This document shows, piece by piece, positions 29,493 through 42,329 of a stretch of DNA of 64,000 nucleotides. Position numbers and translations under genes: made by a program. Below the pieces are notes generated by a model. That model saw only the letters and a program-made list of their open reading frames with translations. It ran no database searches and was not told the origin of the DNA. The DNA comes from Vicugna vicugna (taxonomy: Eukaryota), in the NCBI GenBank assembly GCA_013265495.1, contig MU058540.1:2505696-2569695 (forward strand), written 5' to 3'. How positions within the stretch are numbered: position 1 is the stretch's first letter; the number at the start of each line of letters is the position of its first letter.

Positions 29493-31084
29493 GTTGCCCA
29501 GATATAACCTGAAGTTCAGCCCTAGCTGCTGGGTGCGCTTTCAGAATTAAAATGTCTTCATCAAAAACCATTCCTGGAGTTATTTTTCTGCCTGAGATGG
29601 CAACATTTTCTGTAAAATAAACTCTGTTCTGATTCACATTGTAGTGTCACACTAATATTATTTATCAAGCACTTGGAATGTGCCAGGTCCTGTGCTCAAA
29701 GTTTTGCATGAATCATTTGCTTTTATCTTCTCACAGCCCTATGAAGTAGATGCTATATTTATATCCATTTTACAAAGTGGGAAACAGGTGTTCAGAGAGA
29801 TTAGATAACACAATGAGTTCAGACTGCAATCTCTCTTAACTTCTACATTTCTATATCTTCTCTAATCATGATTTCAGAAGTTGCTTTGCAAGCAGCACCC
29901 CAGCTTTCCTACCCAATTCCATGGGCCAGGCAGTCATTTGCACATTGGTTAAGAAAATGAGATCAAATGATATGATGTATGTGAAGAAAACTTTCTATAA
30001 AATGCTATAGAAATGATGTCACTGTATGGTGGTGGTGATCACTCCCACTACCACGTTCAAATCAGTATCTTTCAGTTCACTCAAAGTAACTTGTGTTTTA
30101 CATGTTCAACTCTCCAACCAAATGGATAAAGATTTTCCCCAAATAATCCTTCAGACTCTTAAGTAGAAGAGAATTGAATAGAAAATCAGATAAAACTCTG
30201 AATGTGCTGGTCAGTTAGTGGAACATCTAACTATTTGGAGAGCAGCTCATGCAGTGACCCACATTGATTCATTCCCCGCAAAATCCGCAGGCATTAACTG
30301 AGCCCCTGCTGAGTGGCAGACACTGTGTGTTTAATAGTCTTGGTCAATCTGTATTTTTTCACTTTAACAATAAAAGGCTTGTTATTCTGGAATACTGATA
30401 GATTTACAGAAAAGTTGCTGAGATAGTTCTGTACATCCTTCCTCCAGTTTCCCCTACTGTTACCATCTTACATAACCACAGTACATTCACCCACCCTCAG
30501 ACATTACCATCGGTACATTACTATTAACTATAGATTTCACCAGTTTTTCTACTGATATCATTCTTCTGTCCCAGGATCCAATCCAGGATCTCACACTACA
30601 TTTGGTGGATCCATTTTTAAACCAGCTCACTTAGAGTGTATTAAAATAGTGTTGTTTTCTTTGCTTCACTTTGGGATCAAGTTCAGCAAAGATGGTTGAG
30701 CTCTGTTTTGGAGTCTACAGGGAAAAGAGGCAGACAAATGATAAACAAATCTCCAGGCTGGCTTGACTTTCATTTAAATTAGGAGTTGACCCATCAAACC
30801 TGAGGGTAACCCAACTCTGTCCTTCTGTGACTACCACATAAAGAAGAATCTCCTTTTCAGCCCCAGCTCAGGGTCTTGTGTCCATTGATGTGGAGGTAAG
30901 AGTTAGGACCAAGCCTGACAGAGCAAACATACTTTCTGGTTTGCTCCCTCAAACCCCAAGTCTGGCTGAGTCACTGAAGAATTCCATCTTCCTGACCACC
31001 AGGTGGAGGGTCCCAACAGCTCAGTAGAGAAGATGCTCTTTGATCTCCTCCTTTAGTTCATTCATTTAATCATTCATTTTTTAA

Positions 31085-31209
31085 AAAAAAATTTTGGAGG
31101 AGGAGGTAATTAGGTTTATTAATTTTTAGAGGAGGTACTAGGGATTGAACCCAGGACCTTGTACATGCTAAGCATGCACCCTACCACTTGAGCTATACCC
31201 TCCTCCCCA
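31085..31209 (-). mobile_element. tRNA-derived SINE, camelid Vic-1-like
   Basis: Reverse complement gagggtatagctcaagtggtag...gggttcaatccc...aaacctaattacc. Confidence 0.82.
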
Positions 31210-33839
31210 TTCATTACTAATTTATTCAGCAAACGTTTATTAAATCCCTACAGTGTGCCAGGTACTGAATCAAGTGCTGAGGTATAATGAGGAACAAAAC
31301 AGAAATAGTCCCTGCTTATGGAACATGAAATAGTTCATTAATTCATTCTGGAATACCTACTACTAAGTGTTCAATACTGAACTAGGCAATAATGGGGGAG
31401 GAGGGTGTTCTGGATACAAGTCCTGTCCTCAAGGACTACAGCTAGCCAGAGAGACAGGACAGACCACTCAGGACAGCCCGAAATAAATGGTGTGGGCAGT
31501 GATGAGAGAAGCCTAACACTGGAGGTAATCAGGGAAGGCTTTAAGGAGGAGGCCCAGATCTTAAGCTGGGCTTTAGGGTGAAGTTTGCATGGAAGGTTGA
31601 AAAAATAAATAAAAAGAAGAAAAGGATTGTGCACTTTGTGTTGACTGATGAGAGAAGAGACTGGCCTGGCTTGAGAAAGGGCTCTGGGTGTGGAGTATAT
31701 GTATATACATTTGAAGATGCGATTTGAATTCTGTTGCTCTAAAGAGAATCTTCCTGTCTCCTAGGGACATCCGAGCCCTTAGGAGATGTGCCTCAACTAA
31801 ATCCTAGGAAGGCAGATCCCAAGAGCCTTTGTGGAACGTCCCTTCCCACCCCACCTCACTGGAGGCTCTGGAGATGGAGGCCATTCCCTGGTGGAGACAG
31901 TGAGCTGTGTTGGAAAGAACACTGGCTTTGAGGTCCTCAGGACTTCGAGGCCTAGCTCTGCTGCTTTCTAGTGTGTGACCTTGGCCAGGTTACTGGTTGA
32001 GCCTCCATTTCTTCATCAGTAAAGAGGAGATAACAGAGTACCTCTGTCAAAGGAGTGTCATGAAATTTAAATGAAACTACAAGACCTCGGAGTCTGACAC
32101 AGCATACCTGGCACCAAGGAGGCACTAAAGAGTGGTAACTAGTAATCAGTGGGATGGGATGGAACTGTGTGGTTTCATGAGAACTTCAAGATTCATGTAA
32201 TATGGCGAGAGACATAGGTAACAGACCCAACCAACTGAAGTCTTGGACAGTTGAGGCAGTGACTGCAGGGCCTACCACCAGTCAGTAGAAGTAAACTTTA
32301 ATTATTGTGATTTTGAAAAAGGGAGGCATATGCATTCCTCTGCAGTGGTGCCCTAATTTGGGCAAATCCTGATTGAGGAGATGCTCTGAGATGGCCTTTT
32401 CTCTGTAGAGCAGAGGCTCACCTGGAGGTCCCCTGACTGCATCTCACACACACACGCAAGCACGACAAAAACCAAACAAAACAACTCTTAAGACTAGAGG
32501 GTGACTAGTCAGAGTTCCTACCTTATCCCAGTGTCCCCTCAGTAGTGCCGAGTCTGTAGGGTAAAACGGGCCACAGCCTGGATGAGTGGCAGTATTGGTT
32601 TCTACCTTGGAGCAGGATCCCAAACAAATTTCTGCGTCCACCAAAGAAAACAGGAAAAAAAAGCACGGGCAATGGCCCTGAAAACATTGTGAGGTTCCAG
32701 AGAACTTTCTAGACACATTCTCTCTGCCTCTTTCATCTCAAGGTAATCAGTAGATCCTTTAGTGGAAAGTTGTGGACACTGTGCCTGGTGGAGAGGCACA
32801 CAGGGGCAGGGTGAGGCCCCAGGCCCTGGGGAAAATTCCACAGACACCTTGATAGGAATCCAGTGATGAAGCAGTGGGAGGCGCTGCTGTTTCCATGGCA
32901 ACCTGATATAAGATGATCTGAACCTTTTATGCCAGTTCTTTAGAAAGCTCTATGGTTAGAAAAAGGTCTGTGTGGAATACTGTTATTATCCATAAAAAAA
33001 GAATCCTTTTTTTGTTTTTGTTTTTTTAAGTGCTTATTGGGTCAGAGTTGTTTGTTTTTGGCTAAAGCCTATAATGCGTTCAGAAAAGAGCAGGATAATG
33101 TGTGTTTTCTCATATATTCTCGTTCCAGTTTCTGCTAACATAGACTGTGTGGCCTGGGGTATATCCATCCATTATTCGTTTTTCCATTCAGCCAGCAAGC
33201 TTGACGTTCAGCCATATTTATTGAGCTTTATCCTGGGTTGGATTTCTTACCTGTAAAATGAGAGAATTAGTCTGGTTTAGTGTTTTTGACTAGGCTCCTA
33301 GATCCTTAGGAGTTTCAGGGCCATGCTTTCATGGCCTTCATTTCTAGAGTGGGCTGCAGCGATTGGTCAGGGCCTGAGAACTCACTTGCCTTCAACTCAG
33401 AACAGCCCTGTTTTCAGTTGTTTTATCTGTTGGGCTTCCATTTGAGGTTTATTTTGAACAAAGTCTCCTTGACTGAAAAATTGCTGCTCCAGAGGTTCTT
33501 TGTGAACCTTCCAGTGGTGACACTGCAGCTTCAAGCCAAAAAAAATTTTTTTTCCATCCGTGCCCCTGCAGTGTGGGATATAGAAATAAAACGGTGAATA
33601 AACCAAGGCCTCCCTCCACCCCACCCCCTGCTCCACCGCCCAGGGACTCGCTGTCTCTGAGGTTAAACTAGGATTATAAGTGTGAAAATCTGCTTGTGTA
33701 AATGACTGTTGTTTAGATAATCTTAATTATTATTATAGTGGAGTCAGGCAGTCGAGATATGCCCACAGGGAAATACAGCTTATAATTCAGCCTACAATTA
33801 GGGACCAGGTAAAAGCAGTAGACTCCCAGGGACTCAGAG

Positions 33840-34090
33840 AATTGCAGGGCTTTCCTGGGAACTCTGCTCGCCGGCGCCTCCCCAAGGACTGCTGCACCCT
33901 AGCTACCCTGAGGCCCACCGCACCCGCCTGCAGCTGGGGAGCAGGGCCCACGGAGAGGGGTGCCTTGCAGTGATTGGCTGAGCTGGAAGTTGTTGCTAGG
34001 TTACCAATCCGCGGGAGACTGGGACCGCTAGTCCCATCCTCCACGGCAGATTCATCTCGCACAGCCAGCTTAATTCGAGCAGTCTGTGAA
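33840..34090 (-). promoter_or_regulatory. CpG-enriched promoter-like element in PNPLA1 intron 1
   Basis: ATTGG 33973-33977, GGAAGT 33985-33990, RFX-like GTTGCTAGGTTAC 33992-34004, CCAAT 34004-34008, local CpG enrichment; strand is inferred. Confidence 0.55.
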
Positions 34091-36219
34091 CAGGATCCTC
34101 AGCAGTTTAAATTGTCAGCTGCCAAGTGCCCATCTTTCTAGGATTTAACACTTAGCAGAAAGCTATGTGGAGGAGGGGAAGAGAAGCCCTCTGTTTTTAT
34201 ACTCTGGGTCATCTTGAATAGCTTCTTCTCTCTCTGGGATGCAGTGTCCTCCTTTGATTTCTGGGTTCATTCATTTATTCATTATTCATGCACACATCCA
34301 TGTTTATTAAATGCCTACATGTTCCATGTACCATATCAAGTGCTAGGGACAAAGGAGTGAATGAGATGGGGACCATCCTTGCCCTCACGGAAGGGGAAAC
34401 ATTAGGTACTTAAGCAAACAAATAAGATAAACACATATCTAATTATTTGTTTCCTTTCCCTTTAATTGATTTTACTACGCCCCTCTTTTCCTCTACTAAA
34501 CCTGTAGGGTCCCCTAAGTTGACAGAAAAGAGTGTTGCTGCCAACCATGCCTAAACTACCTTCCACCTGACCCATCGCCTCACCACACTCTGAAACAAGG
34601 GAGCATCCTCTCATCTCCACAATGCTTTTACTTTGCTCTCTTGCACCCACCAGTGAACCTGAGTGCACCTTGATAAAGATGTGGGGCAAGGATCATTGTC
34701 CCTTGTTTAGATGAGAAATCTGAAAGCCAGAAAACATCAAGAAGCTCTGATCCATGGTCACATGGGGGAATTACTGACGTAACCAATATTGAGCACTTAC
34801 TATGTTCAGGCTTTTAAAAAGCTGTCTTCCTCATAACAATCCAGAAAGGCAAGCATTATTTTTCAAATTTTATAGGTGGCAAAATTGAGGCTGGAAGAAG
34901 TTATTTGCCTTGCCAGTGATGAGCCAGATAGTATGTCACAAAGCTGGGATTTGAACCAAATCTCTCTGGCTTCAAAGCCTGAACTCTTTGCAAGAAGTGG
35001 ATCTGGTCACAGAAAAGAGTTTCTGAGTGACTGAGACATGGGGTGGCTTCCAGATACCCTTCAAAACCTCCCAGCCCCAGGATATTATTCATTTTTCTAC
35101 TGAAGTTCTTGGGCCAACAGACTCATAAAACCTGGTGAATTGGCCATACTTACCAATATAGTTAACTCTTTTCTCCATTCATCTATACGGGACCATCTTG
35201 TCTTCAAGCTTTTATTGGGTAATTAAGTCAAGCAGCTCTTCCTCATTAGCATTTCCATTATTTGCTTTGTTGAGTTTTTATTTTCCTTTGTTCACATACT
35301 GAACAAACACCGAGCACCCACCAAGTGTCGTGGGAGGTTTGTTCTTTCCAATAGGCGTAGGTGAGTGTGGCCCATTCTTGCCCTTGAGGAATTCCCAGCT
35401 TACAGCAAAGTTTCTGAAGGGTCTTCTGTGGGCAAAGTGCAGTGATAGGTCATGGAGAGGGGAGGACCACAAAGACCTGCCCTCAGAGAATCTCTTGGTT
35501 TGGGAGATGGACTTACAGTTAGATAATACAAAGGTGTGAAAGGAGGTGGGAGGGAGGAGAAGTGGATGTGCCAAGTGTGGGCTGGGGATGGAAGCAGCCC
35601 ACCTTGAGTTTCCTACAGTGCTGCTTTTAAATCCCATCTTGCTGTGGTCATTGTGGGACACTATTTCCCAGAGCCTGGCAGCTTGGAAGGAGGCCTTTAA
35701 ACTAGGGAGAAGGTGCTGGAAAGAACAGAGATGCATAAAGAAGCAGGCTAAATTTATCCCTTCTCACAGAACCCAGCAATTGCTATGCTTAACACTTGAC
35801 TTTCTACCAACAGAGACTTGTTTAACCAGAAGATTAGTTACTTCTCCCTGGGGAAAGAGAGAGGAAGAGAGAGACAAAGGGAGACAGGGAAAGAGATAGT
35901 CAGGGACTCAGAAGACAGAGATGCACAGAGAGAGACCTGAAGAGAAGCCAGGAGAGACAGGGGTAAAGGCATCCTTTGGTACACAACCTGAATGGGAGAA
36001 ATCAGACCATCTACTGCCCCCTTCCTCTCTGATGACATTGCTAATTTCCAAATAGCACCATTTTCAGATGTAAGTATATAGGATATATTCTATATGTATA
36101 TAGGATATATACTTATGTCTACATTATCTTGGCCACTGATTTGTCCCTGTCACCCGCCACCATCCCTGAGTAGCTGAAAGGTGACTGTACATGGATAATA
36201 TACAAAAGCAGTGATTTAA

Positions 36220-36740
36220 GTATTACAAGATTAAATATCCATGCCTTTGATCTAGTATTCCCATCTCCAGGAATTTATCCTAAGGAAAATAATTAAGGAC
36301 ACAGGCAAATAAGTTAGCAAGAGATTATTCATTGCAGCATTGTTTAGAAAAGCAAGGAAACAAACTAAATAGCCAACCCCTGGTGGGGACCTGCTCACCA
36401 TAGTATAACCTTACAATAGTTGTCCATGCTGCTTGTAAATTAGGTTATAAGTAGATACTTATTGGTGTGGAAAGACATGATTTACTAGGTGAAAAAAGCA
36501 AGTTACAAATAGAGTATATAGTATGACCCCATTTAAGTATTCTTATATGTAAGAACAATATAAAAAAACAACAAGTGAAAAACTAAAAAAAAAAAAAGAA
36601 CAATATAAAATACAGTCTAAGAAAACATAAATGAAATGTTAATCTCTGGGTGAAGGGATTCCAAGACATTTTAATTTTTTTCCTTTTGCTCATCTTCATT
36701 AACATTTTTTTTCCACAATGAACATATATTTCTTGTGTGT
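36220..36740 (+). mobile_element. L1ME-like 3' fragment
   Basis: ccaggaatttatcctaaggaaaat...ttcattgcagcattgttt. Confidence 0.6.
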
Positions 36741-38654
36741 TGAGAGCAAATTTCCTTCCAGCAGTCCCAGGGAACGCCTCCTGTTGGGAGTCCAGGAGTA
36801 TATGGGCAAGCTGAACCAGGCGTTCCTGGCTCTGAGGCATTGTGGGAAAGGTCACCAACCCTTGAAGCCACTTCAGGCTACTCATTAAGAATTCTCAAAA
36901 CAACATGTCCCTGCCCTGGCTTGACTCCCTATCCTGACTGGTCTTGCGGGCAAGAACTCAGTGACCCAAAACCTTGGTATCCAAATGCTCAGTTGCTTCA
37001 TAACCTACTGGTGGATTGGCTGCCACCCTCCCTTGAAGGAAAAAGCTGTTTGTACAAGTTGATGCAGTAAAGCTAACCTTTCTGAAACTGCAGGGCTTTC
37101 CCAGATCCCAAGAACACCCTCCCCTGTAAGGCAGTGATGGCTAAGATGCTCTGTTGATCAGATCAGTCCCTACTCTACACATGCAGCTGTGATTCAGGAT
37201 GTTGGTGAGAAAAGCCCGTCACCATGGCAACCCAGACTCACTCAGACTCAGGGATAAATCCAACACCCAGGGAAAGGAGGTGGGGTCTGGAGTCAGAGCA
37301 AACACTGCCTGGCTGTCTAACCTCAGGCAAGGCACTTAGCTTTTTTTTTTTGCCTTGGTTTCTGCATCTGTGAAATGATGCTGAAGCTCCTTATCCCATC
37401 TACCTCCAGGATTAATAAGGAATAATCTGTGAACTGTAAAACACAAGAGGAGTAGAGCATCTCTAGCTTTGGTTTGTCCTCAGATTGCTGTGTGTGACTT
37501 TGGGCAAATCACTTAACCTCTGTGCCTCAGCTGCTCTATTTGTAAAGAGGGGAGTAATGTCCACAGTGATAGCTTCTCCCCCATGAGAATCCCAGAATCT
37601 CAAAATTGGAAGGAATCTTAGCCCTTTCCACCAATGCAGGAATCCCTTTGGTAAATTCTCTGACCGAGGTACTCTTCCAGAGGGTTTGCACAGGGTAGAA
37701 ATTAGCAATTGGCTGCTAAAGAAGCAGGTACAGGCCCGGCTTTGAAAGCTTTCAGCTCAGTGTAGTGGAAGGAGTATGAATTCCAGGGTCACACACTCTA
37801 GGTCAAAGTCCCACTTTGTCCACTAACTAGATGGTTGACCTCGGGCAAGTTATATTACCTCTCTGAACCTTAGCTTCCTGATCAGTAAAATAAGGATAGA
37901 AATACCTACCTTACTTATTGCTGTGATAGCACTGCTTACTAAGCTTACAACCCTAACTTCCCAAGTGGAATTCCGGGGGTTAGGGAGGCAGGTTTCACCT
38001 TCTTCTGCCACCTCCCTGAATAACACATCTGCCCTTCCAAGCCCCTTCTGGTCCCCCCGGGGACCTTGCAGCACTTGTGTCCATAGTTCAGGGCCTTCTC
38101 CCTCTCAGGTCTGTACCAGCGGCCATACAGGGAAGGTGATGTAATAATTTCAAGACAGTTCACCCTTTCTGTAACTTCTGTGCATCAAGGCCAGCACCCC
38201 CTCCCACTCACAGACTTCACGGGCTTAGACTAAGCAAGCATCCCAGGGTGTCACTTGGTGACGGCTTTCAACTGTAACAGTGTTTTAATGGGAATCTCAT
38301 ACAGGGCAAAAAGCCTCTAAGACCCTAAAAGAATGCAGTGTGGTGATGGACTTCCAGGCATGGTGACAGGAAGTTGGGGAAAACTATTTGGGGGTAGGAA
38401 AGGGGTCCTTTGCCCTCAGTGTGAAAGGAGGCAGGATGCCTGACTAGCTGTGGGCTCTCTGGAGCCAGTGACTTCATTCCTCCGTGCCTTGCTTTCCTCG
38501 TGTGCAGAATGACAGGTTGATGCCTGAGGACCCTCTCTGCGTCAGAATTCTAGGTGTCCCCATTTGTTGGATGCAGGATGAGATGGCAGAGTCGCTGTTG
38601 ACCTTTCTTGGACACCCGGTGCTGATTTCCTGCTCCTCTCTGCTTCCTCCACAG

Positions 38655-38887
38655 AGGAGTACCTCAGAGTCCTCAGGGTGAGCGTGGCCGAGGTGAGGAA
38701 ATTCTTCTTGGGTCCCTTTTCCCCATCCTGCAAGATGGTGCAGATAATGAAGCAGTTTCTGTACAAGGTCTTGCCTGAGGACTCTTACAAAGTCGCCACT
38801 GGGAAGCTCTACGTGACTCTCACCCGGTTGACGGATGGAGAGTGTGTTGTTGTTTCAGAGTATACATCCAAGGAAGAGCTCATCGAG
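38655..38887 (+). CDS. PNPLA1: PNPLA1 coding exon 2
   Basis: ccacag| acceptor, (E)[26 protein letters not shown]...SKEELIE, |gtgaag donor; 233 nt, phase 1 to 0. Confidence 0.97.
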
Positions 38888-38904
38888 GTGAAGGGACTGG
38901 GCCC

Positions 38905-39055
38905 CGGGAGTGGGGCGGGGCCTTGGTTGTGGGACAGAGCCGGGAGTGGGGGCTGAGCCCTGGGAGTGGGCGGGGCCGGGAGTGGGGGCTGGGGCCTGGG
39001 AGTGGGTGGGGCGGATGGGGCGGGGCCTGGGCTGTGGGATGGGGCCAGGGAGCGG
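38905..39055 (+). repeat. G-rich minisatellite (GGGAGTGGG...GGGGCC units)
   Basis: Five degenerate units starting gggagtggg just after the PNPLA1 exon 2 donor. Confidence 0.85.
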
Positions 39056-39082
39056 AGGCAGGAAAAGAGAGGGTGGTCTTGC

Positions 39083-39155
39083 TCCTCTCTCTGTCTCTCT
39101 CTCTCTGTCTCTCTCTGTTCTCTCTCTGTTCTCTCTCTCTCTCTCTCTCTTTCTC
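39083..39155. repeat. (CT)n microsatellite
   Basis: Directly visible CT tract at the tail of the antisense L1 fragment. Confidence 0.9.
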
Positions 39156-40617
39156 TAGTTGAAGCATAGTCGATTTACAATGTGTTAATTATTTCTGGTG
39201 TACTGCGTAGTTATTCACTTATGATTACTTTTCATATTCTTTTTCACTATAAGCCATTCATTACGAGGTATTGACTATAGTTCCCTGTTCTATACAATAG
39301 GACCTTGTTGGCCTGCTTCTCTTGACAGGTCCCTGGGATGGTCCACCTGTCTGCCTTCCTTCCTTCTATTTTCCCTAGTTCTTCCCTACCTTCACCCCCC
39401 TGGCATCTGTGTCAGGCACACTTTTAGATGAGATGAACACAGAAGCCCAAGATAAATTAGATTTGGTCACCATCCTACACTGCAACACTTGGCACCTCCC
39501 CCCCCTTTTTTTTTTACCTCTGCCCTAGTCCTGAATCTTCTCAGAGGTCTGCGTGTGTTGGCTACCAACAGAGGTTCCATGGCTCCTTTAGGGCCTGGGT
39601 TGCAGTGTATCACCCCTGAATTATTCCCAGTTTGTGGAAAGAGTATCCCCTCAGCCCCATCTCTTCCAATGGCCCTCGATAAAAAGGATTATTACTAAAT
39701 GGGTTAACACTTAGGAAAGGGCACTCTGACAGTGCACTATTCTAAACTCATAAATTTTAGTTATGCATTATTATTGCTGGAGAGTGCTGTGGATATGCCC
39801 AATTTTCTTTTAGGGCAAAGTTAAGTTGCATGACCCTCCATCCCATATTTCTACCCTCTTTCCCTCCTCTGAATATAAGGCCCTTGCCACCCATCCTCAC
39901 ACCCCGACACTGGCATGGCATGGGTAGGGGATGAATAAGCGTGGGCATGGACCCCTTCTCTACCCACCTCTTGTCCCCCTGGGTTTATTAGCAACCAGCT
40001 CTTCAAGATTTTTCTCTCCCCAGCCCTCTCCCACCACCTCCCACTCCTGCCTGTGTCACCCAGAGCAAACCATAAAACAAGCTTCGGTGCCTTTGCACCT
40101 GCCATACATTCTGCCTCAGTGTCCTTCTCCTACCCACCCCTCTTCACATGCTTGGTGAGACTCCAGTCACTCCTGCTAGGGAACTTTCCTTCATCACTTC
40201 CCTGCGCGACAACCCCTGGGTTGGGTGCTTCTCCTTTGGGTCCACAATGCCCATGGTCACTCCCATCATAGCACCTCATAGACACCCTGTGTCCTGCCAC
40301 CTACTTATTTACACCCCCTCTTGGAGCATTCTGAAAGATGGTCATCTCGTCCTCCTTTGATTCCAGGCTGAGGCCAGATACACATTAATGGTTTTTGAAT
40401 CCCATTGGATTCATGGAAATCTGGTGCTAGAAGGAACCCTGGAGATCATTGAGGCCACCCTCTCCCTTTAAAGCTGAGACATGAGGTCCAGACTGATCAA
40501 ATAGGTTACCAAGGACCCAGCCAGGAAATCAATATGGGGCTCCACTTCCCAGGGCAGTGCCTCCACCTTGGGTTTAAGGAGGGGCAGGCTGGCAGTGGTC
40601 CAGAAGCCTGCAGGTGA

Positions 40618-40800
<183 letters not shown>

Positions 40801-41840
40801 TGACCCACATGTGGGAGGGCTGGTCTGAGAATTCAGTGGGAACACCAAGAGTTGAAAAGGTCCTTGTGTTTTCCTATGCAGAGTTCCCAGTGTAGATGGA
40901 TTTCTGGGCTTTAAGATGACCTTCCTTCTCCAGGTTGGGCTTCTCTCTGGACCCACCAACCCATTACTGAGCCCGGCAAGTTGACTCCACAGGCTTGCCA
41001 GATTTTCCCCATAACAAAATGCAGTAGGTCTGAGACTCTGCTTCTCTAACCGGCTTCAGCTGATGCTGGCGCTGCTGGTCCACAGGCCACACTCTGAGTA
41101 GGAGGATCTAACTCATGCCCCCTCGTTTTATGTACAGAGAAAATGAGATCCAGAGATTAGGATTCAGCTGGCAGGTGGACCCCATACTGCATGTCATGCA
41201 TGCAACTCTCAGGCACCCCAGAGAGTTAGAGCCTTGGTATGTGTGGTCCTTTGTTCATAGTTGAGGAAACAGAAGCCCCAAGAGGGGAAGGGACTTGAAG
41301 GTGGACACACAGTGGCCAGTGGCAAGGTCATGGCTGGAGGGTCTCTGGAGGTTGCCAAGGATGCCTGACCTCAACACAGAGGGAGATGGCTTGGACCCAT
41401 GGCAGTCTGGAGCGGGGATATATCACAGCCTTCTCAGACCCGCCATGTGTACACCTTCTCAAAAGGCTATGGGGACAGGCTCCATTCCCCAGCTCTGCCC
41501 TCAGCCACTGAGGGACTCCACAAGGGGTAACTGTGACTGGGGAGCATTCACTCCTGGTTTATCCAGTATGGATGCCTGCCTCCCCACAGAGGCCCAGGAG
41601 CCCCAGCCTCAGCACCATTAGGTTAGCTGAGGGGAGATGGTACAGGGACAGAGCACTGGGTTGGGAGTCCAGAGGCACCATAGTCTCACTGAGTGACCAT
41701 AGGGGCATCACTTACCCACCTGGACCTCAGTGTCAAGGCTTCTCCTGGGGGACCCATTTCTTTGATGTCCCTGAGTAGGGTAGCGGACCTCTGACCCCAT
41801 ATGAGAATTTCTCACTCTGCCTCCTCTTTCTGCCCCACAG

Positions 41841-42050
41841 AGGTACATTGACGGAGGCTTCACGGGCATGCAGCCCTGCTCCTTCTGGACTGACTCCATC
41901 ACCATCTCCACCTTCAGCGGGCAGCAGGACATCTGCCCCCGGGATTGCCCTGCCATCTTCCAAGACTTCCGCATGTTCAACTTTTCCTTCCAGTTCTCCC
42001 TGGAGAACATCACCAGGATGACCCATGCCCTGTTCCCCCCAGACCTAGTG
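41841..42050 (+). CDS. PNPLA1: PNPLA1 coding exon 4 (catalytic DGG, D172)
   Basis: ccacag|[18 protein letters not shown]...[10 protein letters not shown]|gtgaga; 210 nt. Confidence 0.98.
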
Positions 42051-42329
42051 GTGAGAGACGGGAGAGACCTGGAGGGGCAGGGGGGGTGGGGGAGGGTGAT
42101 GGAGGCTGGGGTGCCAGTGTGGCCCACGCAGTTCATCTGTGTTTTCTCCCCTCAAATGATCCCTTAAACTTCCTCCTAAAGCTGTATCCTGGTCTTGCTG
42201 CTAACTAGGCATGTAACTTTGAACAAGTGCCCTAAGTGCTCCCAGCCTGTTTTCTCCCCTGTAAAATGAGATGATGTCAGAATCACTGAAAAGAACGTTG
42301 CCTGAACTCATCCACTCTGACATGTAATG

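Noticed and set aside
30993..31010. CTCF-like motif tgaccaccaggtggaggg
   Set aside because: Mismatch in the GGC core and no other support
31709..31760. Possible extra exon of the hidden gene (ETGRFSLEQQNSNRIFK)
   Set aside because: Weak acceptor and donor, and its 52-nt length breaks phase; left out of the model
38842..39169. Several overlapping ORFs (ER repeats, Gly/Trp-rich)
   Set aside because: Artefacts of the G-rich minisatellite and the CT microsatellite
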